64,000 nt of DNA from Vicugna vicugna (Eukaryota): assembly GCA_013265495.1 (NCBI GenBank), contig MU058287.1, forward strand, positions 558,001 through 622,000. The letters run 5' to 3'. Of this stretch, positions 13,457 through 25,780 are shown piece after piece. The notes under the pieces are model-generated. The model saw nothing but the letters and a program-made list of their open reading frames with translations. It was not told where the DNA came from and did no database searches. The stretch's first letter is position 1, and every line of letters starts with the position of its first letter. The position numbers and the translations under genes are program-made.

Positions 13457-13588
13457 ATTTTTACCTTTCTTTTTGTGTGTTTGTTTATAAACAGTGACAT
13501 TCAGCTCCAAGGGGTAAGGAGAATGTGAAATGAGCCTGAATCAAGGAAATTTAAGAAGTACACGAATGATGTTTTTTGCCTTGGTTTT

Positions 13589-13677
13589 ATTTTTATTTAT
13601 TTATTTTTCATTGAAGGATAGTTGATTTACAGTGTTGTGTTAGTTTCTGGTGTACAAAAATAGTGATTCAGTTATAC

Positions 13678-13720
<43 letters not shown>

Positions 13721-14174
13721 TATACACACACATACACACATTCTCTTTCCTATTCTTTTTCATTATAGGTTATTACAATATGGGATATAGTTCCCTGTGC
13801 TATATAGTAGGAACTTATTGTTTATCTATTATATATATATATAGTAGTTTGTATCTGCAAATCCCAAACTCCTAATTTATCCCTCCCTCCTCTTTCCCCT
13901 TTGGTAACCATAAGTTTGTTTTCTATGTCTGTGAGTCTGTTTCTGTTTTGTAAATAAGTTTATGTGTATTTTTTTTAGATTCCACATATAAGTAATATCA
14001 TATGGTATTTGTCTTTGTCTGACTTACTTCACTTAGTATGATAATCTCTAGTTCCATCCATGTTGGTGCAAATGGCATTAGTTCATTCTTTTTATGGCTG
14101 AATAGTATTCCATTGTATATAAGTACTGTTCTTTATCCATTCATCTGTCAGTGGACATTTAGGTTGCTTCCGTG
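13589..14174 (-). mobile_element. L1 3' end (lineage-specific) with TSD and internal (TA)n(CA)n
   Basis: attgaaggatagttgatttacagtgttgtgttagtttctggtgtac L1 terminus; TSD ttgccttggtttt (13576-13588) and ttgcctcggtttt (14175-14187) followed by aa. Confidence 0.92.
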
Positions 14175-14232
14175 TTGCCTCGGTTTTAAAATGTCAGTCA
14201 GCTTTGTTGATTCTCATTCGTACTTAAAAAGG

Positions 14233-14256
14233 TGTGTGTGTGTGTGTGTGTGTGTG
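14233..14256. repeat. (TG)12 microsatellite
   Basis: Perfect TG run. Confidence 0.95.
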
Positions 14257-14374
14257 TTTTGGGAGCCAAGAGTTTACTAGAGAACTTTAGGATGTTTGAC
14301 CAAAAAGGAATGAAAGCCACTTCCTGATGCATTCAAGTCTTGAAATGTGTCTTTTCCTTCCCATTAAAAAAAAA

Positions 14375-14465
14375 AATTGAAGTATAACTGACTTACAACA
14401 ATAGATTAATTCCAGGTGCACAGTATAGTGATTTGATATTTCTGTATATTACAAAATGATCACAA
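14375..14465 (-). mobile_element. Short L1 3'-terminal fragment
   Basis: attgaagtataactgacttacaac...ccaggtgcacagtatagtgatttgatattt. Confidence 0.7.
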
Positions 14466-15819
14466 AATGAAATGCATTTTTTGAAATGTATTTTTTAAGC
14501 ACAGGTGAGTTTGGGGTTTGTTTGGTTTTTTTTTCGGTGATTAAATGTAAAATCCTCAGTTAAAAGTACTTTAAGTTCTTCTGAGAAAAGAAATCTCACC
14601 TAACAGCATCGGGTTCCAGCCTTGAGCTCAGCAAGGATACTTCAGCGCTGGCTTCTTTCCTTTATGTGCTGGGTTGTTTCAGCAGGGGGGCATTCAAGCC
14701 ATCATTTCTCAAATGAAAATCTCCTCCAAGTGACTCAGGCCGCTTTTTCCCCTGTGGGATACATGAATTACCCGTGCATATTGGGAGTATACGTGTGTGT
14801 GTGTGTGTGTGGCTTTTGTTTCCCGATCAGAGAGATCCCCTCTAAGCTGGGTCAGTTTTCAGTCCTTGTTACAAAGCTCAGAGTTTCGAGCATCCAACTG
14901 CGCTGCTAATTCCTGTTGATGAGGGTGAGCAGCCCTCACAATTCCTGAGTAACCTGTGTGGTCAATCAAGCCGGGGGTGGTATTCCCAGAAGCAGTGACA
15001 TGCACACCCAGGGCTGAAATGTTGGGCACCACCTGGAACTAAGCCTCGGCTGGCACACCTGGACTGTCCACTGGTAGACTCTGTGCGTGTGTGTGTTGTG
15101 TTGTAATAGTTCACCACATGTGAAACTCCGTTGCTTTTTGGCAGCTGCTCTAAGTGGGATAATTCCCGAGCCCTGTGCAGGCACAGCATCCAGTCCCATC
15201 TCAGGAACATCCTTGTTATTTCCGGCAAGATTTAGGCCGGAAGCGCCTGGCAGACAATAGAAAAGCACCAGGTGTTCGCAGCAGCCTCCTTTTTCTCCCT
15301 TAAAAGTTGTGTTTGGCAAGTATCCCAAAACAGGAGAGTCACTCTTGGTTGCACACGGTGTGGCTGTCGCCTCACCACAGGAGCATTTGCCCTGGACACC
15401 TCTGCCCCCAGCTGTCTCAGAGGTGTCCCGTGTAATTCAGCTTTGGTCCTTTGGAGACAAGGCCAGTCACAGGGCACATCAGGAAGCTGACTCGTGCTTA
15501 GACACTCGTGCTGCTTTGAGATTTCACTCTGGGTTTTGGTAAAGCTATCACAAAGTGAGTTGGTGTTTCCACCTGCATTTAATGAAGGCTGCTTTGACCC
15601 CTTTGTCTGTGAATTCCACGTTCTTGCCTGAAATGAGTTAATGGGATGCTTCCACACCATTGCTAAACCGCTTACCTTAATAGCCTGTGGAGATGGTGAA
15701 GCTAAAATCTCCAAGCTGTTTGTTAGAGTGCTTTGAGGACTACTAGATTACTAATGGTCTGAAAGAATTAATGCAGCTTTCCACATGCCAAATTTATTTG
15801 AAAGGGAGTAGTTTATACA

Positions 15820-16792
15820 CGCAACAAATAGAAGAATATTGAGAGTCTGGAAATAAACCTTCACACCTATGGGAAATTGATTTTTCAACAAGGATAAATT
15901 GATTGCGAAGATAATTCAATAGGGGAAAGAACCATCTTTTCAGCAAAAGTTACTAGGGCAACTGGATATCCACATACAAAAGAAAGAAATGGGAACTCAA
16001 ATCTCACACCATGTGCAAAAAAATTAACTTAAAATTAGAGCTAAATGTAAGAGCTAAAACTGTAACACTCTTAAAGAAAACATAGGTGTAAATCTTCACG
16101 ATCTTGGATTAGGCAATTGTTTCTGAAATATGATACCAAAAGCATAAGAAACCAAAGAAGAAATAGCTAGTTTGGACATCATCAGATTAAAAACTTCTGT
16201 GCTTCAAACGATATCTTGAAGACAGTATCTGGTAGTTCCTCAGCTAATTAATCGTAGAGTTATACTATGTCGAGCAGCTCACTCCTAGGTAATGCACAAA
16301 AGAAATGAAAGCATGTTTCACAAAAAACTTGTCCGTGAATTTCATAGCAGCATTATTCATAATAGCCTTACAGTGGAAACAATACAAATGTCCATCCAAC
16401 TGATAGATGGATAAATAAAATGCAATATCTACATACAGTGGAATATTCTTTGGCAGTAAAAAGAAATGAAGTACTGGTAGACACGACGACATGGGTGGAC
16501 CTTGAAAACATTATACTTAGTGAAAGAAGGCCACAGTCCAGAATAGGCACATTCCTAGACACAGAAAGTACATTAGTGGTTATACTAATACAGCCTGGGG
16601 CTGGGGGTATTGTGGGGAGATGTGGAGTGATGCTAATGGTACAGAGTTCCTTGGGGTGATGAAAATATTCTAAAATTGATTGCAGTGATGGCCACACAAC
16701 TCTGTGAATACTAAAAACCACTCAGTTGTACACTTTAAATGGGTGAGTTGTATGCTATTGGAATTATATCTCAATTAAGATGTTATAATAAA
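15820..16792 (+). mobile_element. L1MB-like 3' portion with an internal deletion near 16225
   Basis: ORF2-end sequence (caactggatatccacatacaaaag, aaaacataggtgtaaatcttc) followed by 3'UTR (ggggtgatgaaaatattctaaaattgattg...tatatctcaat). Confidence 0.88.
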
Positions 16793-18360
16793 ACAACCAT
16801 TAGAAGTAGATGGGAAGAGAGGACAGATTCTATCATTAATTGTAGGTTTTTCTCTATTTTTCATTCTCCTTTCTTGGTCCTCCTCTGCTTTTCCAGATAT
16901 TTCTTAGAAACCATCTGAAGCAAAGATTTATAATTCATTGTATGGAAACCACAGAATTTGTGAGAAAAAATTTGAAATAGAGATGATTGGAATACAGTGT
17001 TTACATTTATGATTTACTTTTTGTTCACGTTTCAGACTTAGTTCTTAACTTTGCACCTGTTACCACATAGTAGCTCTTCTTTCTCCATAGAGCAGGAAGG
17101 TATTCGGAATTTTTGATGAAATGTCCTCAGTTTCTTGGTGAAACCTGTTTCCTGAAAATCAAATATAGTTTACTTTTCACCAAACTTGCTTCCCCAAAAT
17201 TGCCATATGAGAGGTAGAAGAAAGCAGAGAGGCAACAGTTAGGCTGTTTCTCCTTCTTATAGTAAAAATTAGGTCTCTTTCAAGATCAAAGAAGAGTCCT
17301 TTATTCCATCAACCGAACTTCTTATCCTAAGCTGGGGAGCAATTATAAAGCAGGAGCATCAGTGGAGGGAAGAGGAAATCGTGAGATAAAATATATCCTT
17401 TGGTTTTATTCTCTAAGCTGAGCTATGGAGGGGAACACAGACACAGAGAATCTGGCTGGGCTGCCTTGTGGGCTGTGCCCTGCGATGCCAGTCTGCTCCC
17501 ACCTAGATATGGGCAACTGACCTTGGCAACTCAGTTATCTCCTGTGAACTAAGCTTCTCTGTCCTGGAACTGAGGGATCTCGTCTTTCCGAGCCCTAAAA
17601 ATCTAGATTTTATGATTTCATAATCTGATCTGGAATTCTCTGCAAGATCAATGCTAAATGAGCTTACAGATAGATGAATCTGTAGCTGAAAGAATATTGG
17701 TACCCAATATTTCAAGTAATGAATAAGTGTCATAAAAGAAGCAATCTCTTGACTTTTCACAGACCTCTGGAGCTATAACTGACTAGTGTAGCATTTTAAA
17801 TTAGTGACTCAAACAGAAAGAGCATGCCTGTTAGTTTTGCAGTCCACAAAAAGATGAGCACAATGGACGTATCAATTTCTAAACTTAGGTTTCAAAAACT
17901 AGCTGCCAGGCTCCAAATGAATAGAGACTTGATTGACTTTAGTGAAGCTTAAAATATATTGAGTGTTGGAAGACAAGTTCAGTTTTTGAACCAAGTTTGA
18001 TGTGGTTACTTTTTTTTTTCACTTTTTTTTTTTCTTTTTGGCTTGGGGTAAAATTTACATAGAGTGTAACGCACAGATTTTAAGAGAACAATTCAGTGAG
18101 TTTTGACAATTGTATACATCTCTGCAGCCCATGCCACTATCAGGATATAGAATATTCTCAACCCCACAGAAATATCCTTCACGGGCCCTCACAGTCAACC
18201 CCTCCCCAGGGGCAAACACTGATTACTTTCTCCCTTCGTCAGTTTTTCCAGTCTTAGAACTCTTATCAGTGGAATCATCCATATACCCTTTTGTGTCTGG
18301 TTTTTTTCACTCAGTAAACTGGTTTTGAGGGTCATCCATTTAGTTGAGTTTATCAGTGGT

Positions 18361-18828
18361 TTCTCACAGGTTGGATTCCCTGGAAAGAGACAAAGATTAG
18401 CATGCAGGGCATTTAGTAAGGAGGCCTCTTGGGATCTACGGCTTTGGAAGGGAGGGAAAGAGGCAGGACTGAGCAGAGGGAGAAGTGAAGCTGCCAGGCA
18501 GCCCTGACAGCAGCCCCAGCCAATCCCGTGGGGAGCTCTCGGTAACAGCTGCCATGGGCGCATGGGCGGGTCGGTGGTAGAATTCTCATCTGCCAGTGGG
18601 ATCTCAGGAGCTGCCTGGTCTCACTCCCGTGTTAATCGGACATTGGATGTGGGCTGCTTCTCTAAAAAGAGGGTGGTACTTTGGGTAAGGCTGTTTGTTT
18701 CAGCGAGAAAATCTGCTCCCCACCTCAAAAGGGCTGACTGCTGAGGGCTGTGTTCCAAGAGCACTCGTAGTAGGTGGGGAAATAAGTCCTTCATTTCCGA
18801 GGGGGTTCTGGGCAGCACATCACAGTGT
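18361..18828 (-). mobile_element. ERVL solo LTR, LTR16A-like
   Basis: caggttggattccctggaaag...gattagcatgcagggcattta...ggcaggactgagcagagggagaagtgaagctgc...ataagtccttcatttcc...gggcagcacatcacag follows the recalled LTR16A consensus. Confidence 0.82.
18560..18601 (+). pseudogene. 5' fragment of tRNA-Gly(GCC), tailless retroposed copy
   Basis: gcatgggcgggtcggtggtagaattctcatctgccagtggga versus tRNA-Gly-GCC GCATGGGTGGTTCAGTGGTAGAATTCTCGCCTGCCACGCGGGA; starts at tRNA position 1, 14-nt exact core GTGGTAGAATTCTC, no T-arm or 3' acceptor strand. Confidence 0.82.
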
Positions 18829-19569
18829 TTTATTGGTGAGTAGTATTCTACTGATGGATGTACCAAAATATATTTACCTCTTCTCCTGTTGATGGACATT
18901 TGATCTCTTCCAGTTTGGAACTGTTATGAATAAAGCTGCTATGAACATTCTTAAACAGGTCTTTTTACGGATATATGTTTTCATTTCTCTTGGATAAATG
19001 CCTAGGAGTAGAATTTCTGTCTCATGGGATAGGTGTATGTTTAACTTTATAGAAACTGCCAGACCATATTTCCAAATTCCACGTTGTCACTTTACACTCC
19101 CACCAACAACATATGAAAGTCCCAGTTGCTATATGTTCTTGCCAACACTTGGTATAGTCAATCTTTTTAATTATAGGAAAGACTTAAAAAGTATCCCGGT
19201 CACTTACATGGGAGTATCAGAAGGGATTCCTGCTTTAGAGTTTGGACTAGACAGATTCTGAATGTATGATATTCAATAAGCACAATTTCATATGCATTTC
19301 TATAGCAGAAATCACATTTAACCTGTTCACTTCAAGTCCTTTGTCATTTTCAAGGTGGACTGCCATATCCAACACTATTTCAAAGTTATTTTAAATTTCT
19401 GAAGTTCAGGTTAAACTTAATGTGAACTTAAAACTTAACCTGCAGTTCAACATCCTTTGTGGTAAGATTCTCCTGTGTTGGAAAATGAGTCACAGCACTC
19501 GGGATCTTTCCCCTGACAGTTTCCTTCAATGCAGTATATTTAGATATTATGCCTTAATACTGGCTAAGT

Positions 19570-19835
19570 TTTACTGGTCAGGTACTACATGCAAAGCTAT
19601 GTTCTAATCATCTCACGTGTTACGGGAGTTAATCCTTACACATGATTCAGAGAGGTACTGTTATTCTCATCCCCATTTTACAAATGAGGGAAGGATAGGG
19701 AAAGATGGAGACGCTTTATCCATTCAACAAATATTTATTGATTGCCACTGATTGCAAGGAGCCAAGGTATTAAACAAAGAAACGCGTTTTCCTTACGGAG
19801 CTTACATTCCAAGAGTAGGCGAGAGATAAATAATA
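19570..19835 (-). mobile_element. MIR fragment followed by an L2 3' tip
   Basis: ttaatccttacac...ccccattttacaaatgagg (MIR), then cattcaacaaatatttattg...ggagcttacattcc (L2). Confidence 0.7.
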
Positions 19836-20457
19836 TGAGCAGTTTTACTCTTCGTGGGCTTTCAGTCCGTATTTTCTATTTGGGACAGTAATTAGAAAGG
19901 GAGAATGCTAGAATGTATAGCAGCTACAGTACAACATACTATTGTAATGCTAGACATTATGCTGCACAACAGGCACCTGCAGCTGGCTGTCTAACAGTTG
20001 CAGATATGAGTCCAGATAATAATTTGAGGGTTGAGCATGGATCACACATCACAGTCACTGGACTCACACTTCAGGCTTTAACCGATTTCAGTGACTTCTA
20101 AGAATTGTTTCTGCATTCACGTATGCTAGGTTGGGGTGGACAATTGGCTATGCCAGTGTAATATTTTTGAATGAAATATTACATTGGTTCATAAATGCCA
20201 AACTTTTTGATATACAAACTACACTTCTCCCCAGCTAATGTCTATAGTCTTGTTTTTCTGGCTGGCTCTCTCCACACTCTTCAGAAAGGAAAGTGTTAGC
20301 TTAACTACCTGGCTCTCTTCCTTCATTGCTAAGACCTCTTCCTATTTCACACTACACCCCTCCCTTGGTGCAAGTTCAACTTCTCCTGTGTCTTACTTCC
20401 TCGTGTCTTTCATTTAGACAGAGGAGATCTTCCTTTCAAGTAATCTATATTCCCACC

Positions 20458-20612
20458 TGGATTAGCTAGCTATTGCCACGTAACAATATTACCACAAACT
20501 TAGCAGCTTGAAACCACATATATCTCAGTTGTTGTGTGTCAGGAGTTAGGGTGCTGCTTAAGTCTGCTTAGAGTCTTAGGATCTCACAAAGCTGCAATCA
20601 AGGTGTCAGTGG
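20458..20612 (-). mobile_element. Truncated MLT1 LTR fragment
   Basis: attagctagctattgccacgtaacaatattaccacaaacttagcagcttgaaac...gctgcaatcaaggtgtcag, homologous to the first part of the LTR at 925. Confidence 0.78.
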
Positions 20613-20620
20613 GTTCAGCC

Positions 20621-20907
20621 CAGCATAGAAAACAAACTTGCGGTACCAAAGTGGAGAGTGGGATGGGAAAGGGATAAATTAAGAGTCTGGGATTAACAGA
20701 TACAGACTACTGTAAATAAAATAGACAGAAACAACAGGAACCTACTGTATACCACAGGGAATTATATTCAATACCTTGTAATAACCTATAATAGAAAAGA
20801 ATCTGAAAAAGAATGTGTATGTATATATATATAATTGAATCACTTTGCTATACACCTGAAACTAACACAACATTGTAAATCAACTATACTTTAATTAAAA
20901 AAAAAAA
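20621..20907 (+). mobile_element. L1 3' end (lineage-specific) with poly(A)
   Basis: catagaaaacaaactt...gggataaatt...gaatcactttgctatacacctgaaactaacacaacattgtaaatcaactatac plus A-run; same family as 13589 and 61705. Confidence 0.9.
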
Positions 20908-22899
20908 CAGGAGAATTGGAGGCCAGATACTGAGAATCAATCAATCCATGTAGATGTAGAAAATAAAACCTGAGGAAGGATGAGTCCTCTAGTAATAAAA
21001 GAGGGAGATGAAAAGAGGTTTGAGAACCAAGGTTTTAGGTAAATGTAGGTAGAAGATGGGAAAACAATAAGCCATGAATTTTTAGTAATGGCAGTTTTGG
21101 CAGGCTATAAAGTCTCATTCTTCAAACAGTAATAACAGTTTTCAGAATAAGTTTCTAGAAATTCCTATATTGACAGAAATAATGGAATATAACTAAATAC
21201 TCATAATGCTTTTGCATAAAATGAAAGTTTTATTACTTTAGTTGAAATAGGCTAATATTAACTTAGAAGCAAAGCAAGAATTATCACCCTAAAATCACAG
21301 ACTCAAGTGAGAAATGTATGTTAATATTGACTATTTTATTAATAAATATAGCTGAATATTGTATTCAGCACTGGTTCACAGAAACAAATTATTGGGTGTG
21401 TCATTGGTTCACAAAACAATATAGCATACATACCTAGAAAGAAGAAATAAAATAATCTGTAGAAACAGTGAAATCTTTGGAGCTTTATGTGGGTTTTAGA
21501 ATATTTATAGCAAAGCAAAATCCACAGCATTTTCTCCTGCTAAATAAATAGGGGAAGAGAGAGAACAACAATATTGTTTTAAAGTATAAGAATAAATCTT
21601 TCATGTAAAGATTGCTTCTTATTGTATATTGGGCCTCTTTCTCCCTAGTAAAAATTTCCCTTGTGCCTTCTCATAATTGAAAGCCCTCTGCTTAGAGAAG
21701 TTGGGGAATGAAAACCTTCCAGTGAAAGAACCTCATTGCTTTGGTGAGTGGTGTATGGATTTAAAATGGCAATATTCCAAGCCCATTCTGTGTGTCTACT
21801 TCTTAATTGTGTGATTATATGATTTCTCCCTGAATAAATCTTGTTTTGATGAAAGATTAAGTCTGAACACCTGCAAGCTGCCTCATCCCCCTTCATGGCT
21901 CCCATTTTTATCACCTGTTTGGAGAATGTGTCAACTTTTCTTAATTGAGAAGTAATTTGCAGTTACTAAAATCCATTTTATGTTCGAAAGTTTCTTCAGT
22001 ATATACAGCTTTCCCTAGAGGGTTGTTTTACTTGGAGGCATCTCAGGTTTAGGTTTAAGATCTAATAAAACTAAATATGTGTTTAGAAACCAACCTTACA
22101 TAGCTTTTTTTTTTTTCTGTTTCAAAATACCGGAAGCATGAAAGTAAAGAACAGTTGAAGTTAAGCCTGGTAAATATGAGAAACTACTTACTTTGTTTGA
22201 GACTCCCTTAAGATGTCATTTGGAGTTTTAAAGTTACCATTGTACTGTAAATAAAAAATACTACAGAGAGATATTTACTCTACAGGAAACAAAAATAAGC
22301 AGTAGATAGGAGTTCTTCATCTGTTTTTAGTTATAGAATACTGAGCTATTTAATAATGGAAGTGGTTTAAATAACACTAAATATGCACCTGTATTTTTCC
22401 CTGGATACAAAATGGTACGTTTTAAATTCACCTTTCTACCAACGATGTTTAAGTTCTTATAACTACCAGATAGTTCTGCTTTTCATCTTGAATTTGTCTT
22501 CACCTGCATTCCGATTATCTTTTTTTTCCCATTCAGAAATGCAAAGCATTCTCATAATTTATTAAGTCAACTCCTGCTTTTCAAATGGATGAATGAAGGT
22601 TCTGAATGTACCAAAGCAGTAAATCACCTCTCTTGATTTTTAGTTATTTCATTTGCGCCCTTATTTTTATTATTTCTTTTCGTACTCTGTTCCTTTTCTT
22701 GTTTTTTCTTTCCCTTTTTGGCTTCATCAGTTTAATACTGACCTAATTTATTTGTGTAAGTATATTATTTCTCACTGAATAAACCTCTTTCTAAAAATTC
22801 AATTAAGACTTGAATTGCAACTAAGTACACCTCTGATTACCACATCACCACCATCACATGTCGTCTGTAGTACTTCTGTTGTTTTGTCCTGAACATTTT

Positions 22900-24340
22900 A
22901 TAAGTCACAATTTGATTTCCTTGTGTTCTTAGGAGCGTTTTTTTGTTTTTTTTTTTTTTTGGTTTCCAAAAAAGTGTAGGAGGGGATTTCTGTTTCTGCT
23001 TTTAACTGTTTTTCTTATTGATTTCTAGGAAATCAGCAGATTTCATGACATTATGGTCAGAGGTTGTGGGTGATGTGATAGGTATTCTTTAAAATGTATT
23101 GAGATCCAATGTGTACTCAGTATAGTGTTGCTATTTCTTGAGTCCTGGTCTCTAAAAATATATGTAACACCAAGCTTGTCAATTGGATTGCTCAAATCCA
23201 TAACCTTAAACATATTTTTGTCTGCTTGATCCTATTACTTTTCGATGGTATATGTTAAAATCTTTCCATTTTATTGTGGATTGGTCGATTTATCCTTCTA
23301 ATTCTGTTTTTGCTTTTTGTATTTCAAAGTTCTGATGGTAGGGATGTACTAGCTGATAATTTATACATCTATTTTCTTGTTAGATTATTCTGTTTTTCAT
23401 TATATAATCAGCCCCTCTGTGCTATTTATTGTTTTGACTTCAATTTTAATTCATCTGTTACTAATATTGATATGCCAATTCTCCCTTGGTAAGTATTTGC
23501 TTAAATGTGTATTTTTCATGCTTTTTTTTTCAGCTTTTGCTGTTTTGGATGGACCTCCTTAAATTGGCAGATAGGGAGATGCATTGTATTTCTGCTCCCT
23601 CCAATCTTTTCCTCTCTGTCACTGCTTACGAATACTCCTTTCACATTTATTGCAGTTACTGTTTTGGACTGAACTTGACCATCTTAATTTGTGTCATCTT
23701 TTTCAGCTTGCTCTTTTCAAAATTTTCTCTCATTTGATTTTCTTATTATTTGGATTAGTGAAACATTTAGAAATTCTCCTTTTATTTGCTGATTGGAAAC
23801 TTGTATTTTTCTTATTTATTTGAAAAAATAAAATTTTCTAATGATGTCAAAAATATTTAGTTTGTCCATCCTTCTGGTCAAAATCATAACCTTAATCTAT
23901 ATTAAAAATTCACTGATTTATACTTCAATTTAAAAAAAAGTAAAATAAAAAAAATTCACTGACTACCTCTCCATTTTGCACAGCCAATAGTTTATTAAAC
24001 TCACCATAATTTTATCAGTTTCGGTACTGACTCTTATTTCTTGCACCCCACCCTTACTCTGGGCTCATTTTCTTTCTTGCTCAGAAATATTCTATATAAG
24101 TTCCTTTAGTGGTTAACCACTTAGTGGGTGATTGTTTGATTTAGTGAATGATTATCTGGGTATGGAGTTCTAAGTAGACAGTTATTTCCCCATAGCACCA
24201 AGAATACATAATTCTGTTGTCTTCTTGGATTTATTGTGAGCCCTTGTTGATGGCATCTGTCTCTTCTACAACCTACTCTAAATTTTTTTCTCTTTATTCT
24301 TGATTCTTAATTTCCCTAGGATATATCTAGGTGTAGATTT
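22900..24340 (-). mobile_element. Highly decayed L1M internal fragments
   Basis: T-rich antisense L1-like blocks (cattatggtcagag, tatgttaaaatctttccattttattgtggatt, ggagttctaagtagacagttatttccc). Confidence 0.55.
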
Positions 24341-24379
24341 ATTTTTTTTCCTTGTCAACACCTAGGATTGTTTTCATTC

Positions 24380-25268
24380 TATAGTTGGATGTCTAATCTC
24401 ACAGTTGAACTTCTAATTTTCTACTCCAAACCTGCTTCACTCAGTGTTGCCTCAGATTAATTAATGGCAACTCCATCCTTCAGTTGCTGAGACAGTTTTG
24501 AAGTGATCAAAATTCATCTCTTTTCTCCTATCCTCTACCTTCAACCCATGAAGAAATTTGACTCTACCATAAAAATATATCCAGAATCCAGGTACGTTAC
24601 ACCATTTCCACTGCTACCAAACTGGTCCAAGCCCCTATCATTTCCTGTCAGGCATACTCTTTAATCTCTCCTGGTCTCTCTGCTTCCAACCTTGTCTCCT
24701 CTGTCCTCTACTCAGGATCCTGTCATTCCTTTGCTCAAAACTGTCATTGTTTTCCCATCTCACTTGTAGTAAAAGCCAAAGTCTTTATGGTCAACTACAA
24801 GCCCCTACATGGCTTACAGTCCCCTTCTCATCACCCCCCTCCCTTACTATACCCCATTCACACTGGCCCCTTGGTGGTGCTTGAACATACAGCATGCTCT
24901 TGTCTTTACATTAACGGGACTTTCTGCTTGGAATTGCCCTTCCTCCAGAGAGCCACATGGCTAACGCCATCATGTCCTTCGAGTCTGTGCTCAGTTATTA
25001 CCTTTTCAGTGAGGACTACTGTGACCATCACATGCTAATCTCTCTCCCTTATCCTTCCCTATTCATTTCGTAGCACTTTTCTTCTTCTAAATTGCTATAA
25101 AATTTACTGATTTATTATGTTCATTGCTTATTTTCTGTCCTTTCATTAAAATGTAAATTCTCTGAGTGCAAGTATTTTTACTTTCTATCTAATTCTATAT
25201 CTCAAATACCTAGAACAGAACCTGGTACAAAGGAGATGCATGATAAGTATTTGTTGGATGACTGATGA
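24380..25268 (+). mobile_element. L2a-like LINE 3' region
   Basis: ttggatgtctaat...aatggcaactccatccttcagttgct...aaatatatccagaatcc...cctagaacagaacctggtac...tatttgttggatgactgatgaa. Confidence 0.85.
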
Positions 25269-25379
25269 ACCAATAAATTAATTCTTATTTATATAGAACT
25301 ATCATATATATGTGTATGCATATATATTAATAGAGCTTATGTATTTTCACAGAATAGGAATACAGTGAAATACAGTTAC

Positions 25380-25780
25380 AACCTACATGCCCATTAACTG
25401 GTAAACAGATAAACTTTGGTATAGCTGTACAATGGAACACCACTCAGAACAAAAAGGAATAAAAAACCAATACACACAACATGGGTGAATATCTAAAACA
25501 TTAAGGGAATAAAGCCAGATATAAAAACTGCATATGCTGTTATTCAATTTATATGAAATTTTAGAAGAATCTAAACTCTGGAGATGGGAATCAGGTCAGT
25601 AGTAGCCTGATGCCAGGGGGAGGGAACAGGATTAACTGTGGGATATGATGGAACTCGTTAAGGTTCTCAAAGGTTTCTAAAACCTGACTGTGGTAGTGGT
25701 TGCTCACATATTAACTCATTTAATTGTTTACTTAAAATAGGTAGAATTTAGGGTTTGTAACTTATTCCTCAAAAAGCTGT
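25380..25780 (+). mobile_element. Old L1 (L1ME/MC-like) 3' end
   Basis: tacaatggaacaccactcag...acaacatgggtgaatatct...caatttatatgaaattttagaa...tcctcaaaaagctgt. Confidence 0.7.

Larger units (their letters stand above)
18040..19175 (-). mobile_element. Old L1 (L1MD/ME-like) 3' region interrupted by an LTR
   Basis: taaaatttacatag...gagttttgacaattgtatac at the left; resumes at about 18829 with tattggtgagtagtattc...gatggacatttg...aaagctgctatgaacatt. Confidence 0.82.

Noticed and set aside
15545..15565. Donor-like aa|gtgagt suggesting another first exon
   Set aside because: No nearby ATG or clear promoter; such hexamers are common by chance.
15232..15714. 160-aa minus-strand ORF and neighbouring overlapping ORFs
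   Set aside because: Non-ATG start, no recognisable homology; several frames are open simply because the block is GC-richer.
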